The notes under the pieces are model-generated. The model ran no database searches. It worked only from the letters and a program-made list of their open reading frames with translations, and was not told where the DNA came from. Positions 60,512 to 64,000 of a DNA stretch of 64,000 bases are shown here, one piece after another (positions within the stretch are counted from its first letter, which is position 1; each line of letters begins with the position of its first letter). Made by a program: the position numbers and the translations under genes. This DNA is from Bugula neritina (lineage: Eukaryota > Animalia > Bryozoa), in NCBI GenBank assembly GCA_964035545.1, contig OZ037771.1, positions 13,763,133 through 13,827,132 of the forward strand, in the 5' to 3' direction.

Positions 60512-63052
60512 ATGTTTGGAGTAGCCAAAACACTGTTTTTGCTTTTTGGCTGCTGTTATCCTGTAACTCCTCAGAATGTAGAAATGTTGTTTAAAGTCAC
60601 TAAAGGTTTGAAAATTAGAACTGATTCAATATGGATGCCAGACAAGCAGATAAATGGTAAGTTACTGGCAAGTATTACATGGGTTTGTATGTAATATATT
60701 GAGTTTATATTAATTTCAATAGAAAAACTCACTTAAACCTGTCAGGATTATAGATAATATGATTTAGCTTAGCTGCAGGATGTTCTCATATATTTTCAGA
60801 AATTAATTTCATAACTTTATTGGTTCAACTAATCAGAAAGATTAGGTAAATTATTTTTCATCTATACGTTCTATTTTAGGTTTTAATTTAAACAAGTTTA
60901 AATACCCAGCCTTATAATTAGCCTTTAATTTTTGTAATTATATAAATGAACAGAAATAACTATATGATATGTTGAACAGTGTTTTTTCTGAATGCATAAT
61001 TTTTTCTTTAAGCCTAATTATATTACATTATTTATATACCGATAGATTAACAACTACTGATAATTTTTTTAGACAATTAATTATATAGTGTTACTTATTC
61101 CTCCATTGTCAAAAAAATTCTCGCAAAACCTTAGCCTTAAGTTCTTATATACCCCTTTCCTTTCACCTCTCATACTATAACTTTATTTTTATTTGCAATC
61201 AAGTACTATATATAAGAAACCCATTCTATTAAATGTTTTTTACTGTTTAAATATATATATAATGTATTGTGACTTTATTTTTTTAAACTTTGCATGTAGA
61301 TGTGCCACAGGTTTTCATTTGCCTGCAACTCTGTCTATCAGACTTTACCTGCGTTGCGGCTGTGTATGATGAGTCTAATGGCGTCTGCCAGCTTGCTTCT
61401 CATCACATTGATCTCTTTCTCACTAACCAGGAAACTGACCTACTTTATATTCAACAGGTAAATGAAGAGGTCAAGGTTATAATATCCTTAACATATTATA
61501 TTGCACATTAACTTCTTAATTATGTTAAATTAAACTCTGCTTTGATAAAACTTATCAAACGATTTTATTCTTTTTTATGAAATTTTTAGTAAGTCTTGTT
61601 TAAAGCAGAGTTCAAACCTGCACTATAACTCCTTTAGAGATAATGGCTTAAACTTAACTCTTAAACTTAATAGATAAATATGCAATACTCTAGACTTCTG
61701 GTTTGATTTTCAGGTTGCTGAAGAAAACAAGGTATACATGGGTAAGTTTAAAACCATCTCTTATAGCTCTCTGAAAATCTATAATTTTCCTGCTAGATTA
61801 TTTATTACTTTCTTGAATCAAAATCAGTTTATGATTTTCTTGTTTGATTTCCAGACTGTCAAGATGCATTTAATGAAGGTGAAAGATACCCAGGAGTGTA
61901 TTCTATACAAGACCCCATCTCCCGGATAGAGTACAACGTCTTCTGTGAATTTGACAATGAACAGGGTTGGAGTGTCATCCAGAGACGAATGGACGGCTCC
62001 ACTGACTTCTACAGAGGTTGGGAAGAGTATGTGGCTGGATTTGGGGATCTTCACGGGGAGTATTGGTTAGGTAAGAGAAAGATAAACATTCTGTGAATAT
62101 ATTCACAGAATGTTGTATCGCTTGTATAGCTGTGAGAAGTTGCGCACAGATCTGGTATATAGTACTGTAACAACACAAATAATAGCTGGTCCTTAGAGTT
62201 GGTTCTACCTTAATTTTTGGTCGTCTTTGATGCTTGACTATATATTTTCACTTTTAATTATTATGGCATGACATGAAAAATGCATATAATATTTCTGTTT
62301 GGTGTATTATAGTTAAATTTAATACATTTAAAACAACAGAAGCTTAAATAAAAGCATTCGTGTCACATGAATAAATTATAAATCATTTGCCATTAAATTA
62401 AGATGAAAAACCCAATAATTTATTGATTTTGAAAATAATTACATCAGTATATGCCACATTGAGTTTGTTTATACGCTATGCATACCAAGAAATTCAAAAA
62501 AATATTTTTTTCAAAAGCTCATTATGTACATATGGATCAATAAATGCTTGAGATTAAAATAATATAAAAATTTTATTTTCTTTGGCTAATGGAGTCATAA
62601 ATAAAACTGATCAATTTTTATTTTATTAGCTTTTCTCAAGACACAAAAGGGCTTATATATAGTAGCACGCTCCTTGTATGTGTCAAGAGAGCGAGAAAAA
62701 TTCTGACGTTTCTATTAGCTGCGTCATGCAGTTGAAATCTAAATACTATACAAACTTTAAGCACAATATATAGTTGAAAATATATTTTATTGAAAGTCCG
62801 CTTTCATGCAATCAATATGGTTTATAGACATCATTAGATTAACTGATACAGCTATGACCATATAATTCATAAATTGTATATAAAGTACAAAACATATTAT
62901 ATCAATCAAATTAATTTATAAAACTATTTCCAAAAATTGTTTGTATGAATGGGCTTACAACTATGCCAAAACCGAATTCGGTTTCAATTTGTAATTATGA
63001 TGTATAGAAGCTATTAGACAAAAGTTAATTTATTGTGTTGTACAAATTCACA

Positions 63053-63118
<66 letters not shown>

Positions 63119-63288
63119 ACAGCTATACTGTACAATGAATTCCTCAAACAGGGCTAGACATTATCTACCACCTGACGTCGTTCAACTTCAATTTAAGTAT
63201 TTACATGGAAGATCATGATGGCGTCTCAAAAATGGCAAACTTTTCACTATTCAACATCGACGAAATTGACTACAACTTCACGGTTCAG
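60512..63288 (+). CDS. Secreted PAN/apple-like + fibrinogen-related domain (FReD) protein, 3' end beyond window
   Basis: Exons 60512-60656, 61300-61457 (CLQLCLSDFTCVAAVYDESNGVCQL, PAN/apple Cys pattern), 61714-61741, 61855-62070 (DCQD..GVYSI..VFCEF..GWSVIQRRMDGSTDFYRGWEEYVAGFGDLHGEYWLG) and 63152-63288 (LDIIYHLT..LSIYMEDHDG..ANFSLFNI). Phase-consistent GT-AG. Confidence 0.9.
63054..63115. repeat. (TA)n microsatellite
   Basis: Directly visible. Confidence 0.97.
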
Positions 63289-63769
63289 GTATTGAATGCA
63301 CTTATAATTACTGTATAATTACTTTTCTATCTATAATTTGTATTTGTATAGCCATCATGTACTTCAATTATGAAAGTGAAAACTACTATATAATATACAG
63401 GCAGAAATAGTTATTATTGGCCATATAAAAGCTTCTTTTACCAATTAATAAAGAGATTGCATAACATTTCACCTTTGAGAAATTTTGCATAATATAAACT
63501 AGCTTAACATTAACTAAAAATTGTAAATTAATAAATTTTGCTTCTAAAAATAAAATACAAATCTTTGAATCGGCTCTCAAAATAGATACGCAGTAATTAT
63601 ACAAAAATTTGATCAAGTTTAAATATTTAAGTAACTGCATATTCACATCCCCAAATTAAACAAGTTATCAAAACAGAACTAAAAGTGTTGCTAAATAAAA
63701 AGTATAAGTAAAACCTGATAGCGCGATTTGCAGCTGCATTCAAGAATAGCTATAAGTGTATAATATTTA

Positions 63770-64000
63770 TATATAATATGATATTATAATATATTATATT
63801 ATATTTTATTATACTATACTATAATATTATATTATACTATATTATATTATATCATATTATATTATATTATATTATATTACATTATATAATATTATACTAC
63901 ATCATATTATATTATATTGTATTATATTATACCATACTATAATGTATTATATTATACTATACTATATTATAATATTATAATTTATTATATTATATTATGT
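63770..64000. repeat. Degenerate (TATTA)n microsatellite
   Basis: Directly visible, runs off the right edge. Confidence 0.9.

Overview
AT-rich, intron-containing animal genomic DNA. A marine invertebrate or lophotrochozoan origin is inferred from gene content and is not proven. Reading GT-AG boundaries by hand gives eight protein-coding genes: a secreted NHL-repeat beta-propeller gene (minus, 3' end probably outside the window); two tandem 8-exon heme peroxidases of the non-animal (peroxidase-catalase, APX/CcP/plant-like) superfamily, each with a signal peptide and a GPI-anchor-like tail; an alpha-arrestin (minus) whose terminal PPxY motif plus stop codon is tandemly repeated four times in frame; NDUFA1 (complex I MWFE subunit) with a 6.2-kb last intron; two tandem CD225/dispanin (IFITM-like) genes with Q/G/Y/P-rich N-termini; and a PAN/apple plus fibrinogen-domain gene truncated by the right edge. 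Mobile and non-coding content includes a Penelope-like GIY-YIG ORF end followed by a minimal type I hammerhead ribozyme, a second degenerate hammerhead, a 1.3-kb TA-flanked MITE, a decayed Ty1/copia pol fragment, a foldback element, two tRNA-derived SINE families, a double hairpin at the peroxidase duplication junction and many micro/minisatellites. Most ORFs in the supplied track are artefacts of simple repeats.
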